IMG/VR virus record: IMGVR_UViG_3300021957_006329 | Coordinates: 1 to 61,614 of that record | Length of the DNA: 61,614 bases | From: a virus | Taxonomy: Duplodnaviria > Caudoviricetes | Reading direction: 5' to 3' (one strand) | In this document: piece by piece, positions 58,835 to 61,614 of the stretch | Position numbering within the stretch: the stretch's first letter is position 1 | Layout of the letters: each line of letters starts with the position of its first letter | Translations under genes and position numbers: made by a program | Notes under the pieces: model-generated | Seen by the model: only the letters and a program-made list of their open reading frames with translations | Databases searched by the model: none | Told to the model about the DNA's origin: nothing

Positions 58835-59479
58835 ATGGAAAATATAAAACTGCCGTTTGCTAATGGAAACCATCCACGAAGCGATGAAGAAAAACAACAG
58901 ATAATAGAAAACGCAGCTAAAGCATACGAGAAGTACATGGACGCTTTAGGTTTTGATTGGAGATCCGATCCAAATAGCGCAGATACACCCAGAAGGGTGG
59001 CCAAGGCATTTGTCAATGACCTGGCTGCCGGTTGTTATGATTCACCACCTAAAATTACAACATTTGATAATGTTGATCAGTACGATGGTTTGGTATTTCA
59101 AGGTAACATCAAAACAAATTCATTCTGCTCTCATCATCATTTACCATTCATAGGACAGACGCACGTAGCTTACATACCAGGTAAAGATGGTAAGGTTATA
59201 GGTTTGAGTAAATTGAACAGAATCGTCGAGTGGTTTTCCAGAAGACCTCAAGTACAGGAAAACTTGACCATGCAGATTCATAAGTATATTAATAAAGTTT
59301 GTGAAGATAATAACGGCGTGGCAGTTTTAGTTGAAGCTAATCATACATGTGCTGGTTTACGAGGTGTCAAACACGACAGTACCATGAAAACTGCTAGAAT
59401 GAGCGGTGCTTTTCTAGACCGGCAAGATATTAACACAAGACAAGAATTTTACGATTTTGTAAGAGATTTAAAGAGATGA
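58835..59479 (+). CDS. folE: GTP cyclohydrolase I
   Basis: TPRRVAK, SFCSHHHLPF.G, GLSKLNR, RPQVQE, HTC...RG; promoter TTGAAT-N17-TATAAT at 58800-58828. Confidence 0.95.
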   Translation: MENIKLPFANGNHPRSDEEKQQIIENAAKAYEKYMDALGFDWRSDPNSADTPRRVAKAFVNDLAAGCYDSPPKITTFDNVDQYDGLVFQGNIKTNSFCSHHHLPFIGQTHVAYIPGKDGKVIGLSKLNRIVEWFSRRPQVQENLTMQIHKYINKVCEDNNGVAVLVEANHTCAGLRGVKHDSTMKTARMSGAFLDRQDINTRQEFYDFVRDLKR

Positions 59480-59616
59480 ATAAATTAACACAAGCTATAG
59501 AATGTTCCACAGGAACATGTGGTCATATGAGTCACCAATTATTAACGACAACAGGATTTTTTCTTCTGATTGCTATCGCAACGTTTGCTGCAGTTCACTA
59601 CTTTATCAAAGATTAG
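59476..59616 (+). CDS. small membrane protein (46 aa) with CSTGTCGHMSH motif
   Basis: ATGA overlap with the folE stop; read by hand. Confidence 0.45.
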   Translation: MNKLTQAIECSTGTCGHMSHQLLTTTGFFLLIAIATFAAVHYFIKD

Positions 59617-60187
59617 CAAGTATGTTCTGTACTTGAACTGGGTCGATATGCTCCGGAATATCTGCTAATATAGCATCCGGATTGTCAAAATTGTTACGTA
59701 TGTTTGATGCGCTGTAAGGTGTACCGTCCGGTTTATCTAACACATCAACTGCTGTCAATTGTGGGTCGAGTATCTCTACATTTAAACCTTTACCTGTTGC
59801 CCATTTTTGAGCACCGCTCCAGCGCTTCCAATCGTTGTCTTTCTTACTGGCACCGAGTATCACTCGTTTACCCCCTAATGATTCTAATGCATCATATGCT
59901 GCTCCTACAGGACTGGGCATGCTGCTAATTTCTACTGACACGTTTGGTAAGTTAGTTACATACAGCTCAAAAATTTTCTTAGACATCTCAGGAGTTATTA
60001 TTTGACCTGTTTTAGTAGCTCGTTGACTTTTAGCTCCAGGAGCAGATATTAACACAACCACATCTTTAGCCATACCTGAGTATATACTCACCATCTGATA
60101 ATGACCTTTATGTGGTGGTTTGAAGCTACCAGGTACTAGAGCTATATCCGCATCTCGTGAGACATAATCTTTGAATGTACCAATCAT
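59606..60187 (-). CDS. cytidylyltransferase-like HxGH nucleotidyltransferase
   Basis: PGSFKPPHKGH, SPV..AY, SASNIR. Confidence 0.8.
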   Translation of the reverse strand: MIGTFKDYVSRDADIALVPGSFKPPHKGHYQMVSIYSGMAKDVVVLISAPGAKSQRATKTGQIITPEMSKKIFELYVTNLPNVSVEISSMPSPVGAAYDALESLGGKRVILGASKKDNDWKRWSGAQKWATGKGLNVEILDPQLTAVDVLDKPDGTPYSASNIRNNFDNPDAILADIPEHIDPVQVQNILANL

Positions 60188-61452
60188 CCAAACTTTTTGT
60201 TAGGGTCGAAATTCGCTTTGCTAAATTCTAGTCTATCAACTAATTTCACCGCATTACCTATATGATCTACCGCGACAAAACCTTCTGGTTTTGTTACTTG
60301 AAAGCTACCATCCTCTTGTTCAATAAAGCTGTCCATGGCTCTGAGATTGGATAATTTCAATACAAATATATTTTTTATCTTTATCAATTTTAAATACAGA
60401 TCATACATCATCTCAATATTGGTTCTGTTTGTTTCTAAAAATATGATACCCTCTTCCATAGCTTGTTTTTTTCGAATCTGCCCGGCTTCAGTTTTGAGCT
60501 TTTCAATAGCCTTTTCAGATTTATCAATGTATCTGTCTATAAATGAGTTTGCGAATTTTATTGGGTCCACTTCAAACTCTCCTTGCTGTCGAATCGCGCT
60601 ATTTACGTGAGCTTTCAACTCAATTTTCAAGTCCGATATTTTGTCATTTATGTTCACGAAATCAATTATATCTTTAATTTGCCAATAATGATTTTTACAT
60701 TCTCTTATATGATTGTTTATCTCTTGTGACTCCTTTGGTGTCAGTTGTACTTGCCCGCTCACGTCTTTGAATGTAGCATCATCAAACCAAACACTTGAAT
60801 GAGGTTGCAACCTATCGGCTTTGAAACCAAAACTAGCATTCATGTCATGTATGGTAGGCCCACCAGTATACATAGTATGAAACACTATGCCCATGTCTGT
60901 CGTGATCATTGTAGCAGCTAGTTCTGAATCACTAGGTACAGCGTACGTGATTGTATTAGGTTTAAACACTATGTGTTTGTCACCGTCTATTGTTGCTTCT
61001 CGTATAGAATCCTTGGTGTATAGCATATCACCTTGCAAAACGTAACCGTCTATTCCTATATTTTTTAAGCATTTAAAAGCTGTTTTGAGCTTTTTTCTCA
61101 ATTGGCTTTTATCTTGTTTAGAATCTCCTCTCTTGACATCGGCATGATTTCTATTGATGTCGGTTATTCTTTTGTTCATTTTAGGTATTTTACCAAACAC
61201 TGCTTTGGTACCTACAAAAAATTTACCATCTACCGGGTCGGTGCCGGCAAATATGGCTGGAGCACCATCCCATTTTGTGGTTATATCGACTGGTTCTGTT
61301 GCATGGCCTTGTAATGTATCTATCAAACCCATGAACATGCTGAATGCACGCTCCACACCAGCAGTACCATGATTTATTAGTTCATCCTCGACATGCTCTA
61401 GATGAGTGTTTTTACTCTCTACAAATAATAAGTAATCTTTGAAAGAATACAT
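60184..61452 (-). CDS. DUF6267-like conserved phage protein with ligase-type KxDG motif
   Basis: KNTHLEH.ED, TKWDGAPA, FFVGTK, QGDML, PEGFV, KLVDRLEFS. Confidence 0.8.
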   Translation of the reverse strand: MYSFKDYLLFVESKNTHLEHVEDELINHGTAGVERAFSMFMGLIDTLQGHATEPVDITTKWDGAPAIFAGTDPVDGKFFVGTKAVFGKIPKMNKRITDINRNHADVKRGDSKQDKSQLRKKLKTAFKCLKNIGIDGYVLQGDMLYTKDSIREATIDGDKHIVFKPNTITYAVPSDSELAATMITTDMGIVFHTMYTGGPTIHDMNASFGFKADRLQPHSSVWFDDATFKDVSGQVQLTPKESQEINNHIRECKNHYWQIKDIIDFVNINDKISDLKIELKAHVNSAIRQQGEFEVDPIKFANSFIDRYIDKSEKAIEKLKTEAGQIRKKQAMEEGIIFLETNRTNIEMMYDLYLKLIKIKNIFVLKLSNLRAMDSFIEQEDGSFQVTKPEGFVAVDHIGNAVKLVDRLEFSKANFDPNKKFG

Positions 61453-61460
61453 ATCATTAT

Positions 61461-61613
61461 TTATACAAGACTTATACCTATACCTTTATTTCTTGTATCA
61501 ACACCAGCGTTTTGAACAACAATACTTGGATTTTTGTTTAGTTGTTTATATATTTCATTCAATTGACTACCAGCGTCTAAATTGTTATCAAAGTGTAAGA
61601 ATATTGCTTTCAG
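61461..61613 (-). CDS. C-terminal fragment of a gene continuing beyond the window
   Basis: open frame ...DTRNKGIGISLV* ending at TAA 61461. Confidence 0.4.
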   Translation of the reverse strand: MKAIFLHFDNNLDAGSQLNEIYKQLNKNPSIVVQNAGVDTRNKGIGISLV

Positions 61614-61614
61614 G

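Noticed and set aside
102-61372. Numerous antisense or out-of-frame ORFs in the track (e.g. 102..302, 745..1038, 18720..19199, 20770..21351, 57378..57851)
   Set aside because: They overlap better-supported genes and lack motifs or promoter context; treated as shadow ORFs
1-61614. Stop-codon reassignment / alternative genetic code
   Set aside because: Conserved genes are full length in code 11, and TAA, TAG and TGA all terminate tightly packed genes
1-61614. tRNA or rRNA genes
   Set aside because: No cloverleaf or T-loop context recognised in the few intergenic gaps; a tRNAscan-SE run would be needed to exclude them fully

Overview
A 61.6-kb AT-rich segment of a large T4-like (myovirus-type) dsDNA phage. 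It carries T4-type late promoters (TATAAATA), gp5-, gp15-, gp62- and GroES-like genes, nrdA/nrdB, phoH, a DinG-like helicase and folE/queD/queE. Two large accessory blocks are present: a tandem sulfotransferase array with rmlB and an APS-kinase fusion (about 2.3-10.9 kb), and a glycosyltransferase/gmd/fcl island (about 36.7-51 kb). The most notable patterns are five. (1) Many start codons sit exactly where transcription should begin: 5 nt after a TATAAATA-type box or about 6 nt after a sigma70 -10 box, with SD motifs rarely seen, implying largely leaderless expression. (2) There is an apparent self-contained glycan-sulfation system: a candidate PAPS-synthase fusion, about six sulfotransferases showing patchwork gene conversion, and GDP-fucose/dTDP-sugar enzymes. 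(3) CCGG is strongly over-represented. (4) NrdB lacks the radical tyrosine and looks like class Ic (Mn/Fe). (5) An unrecognised triple-repeat protein lies next to nrdB. A PVC-superphylum (e.g. Verrucomicrobia) host is suggested but not proven. All assignments come from motif recognition by eye; no database searches were run.
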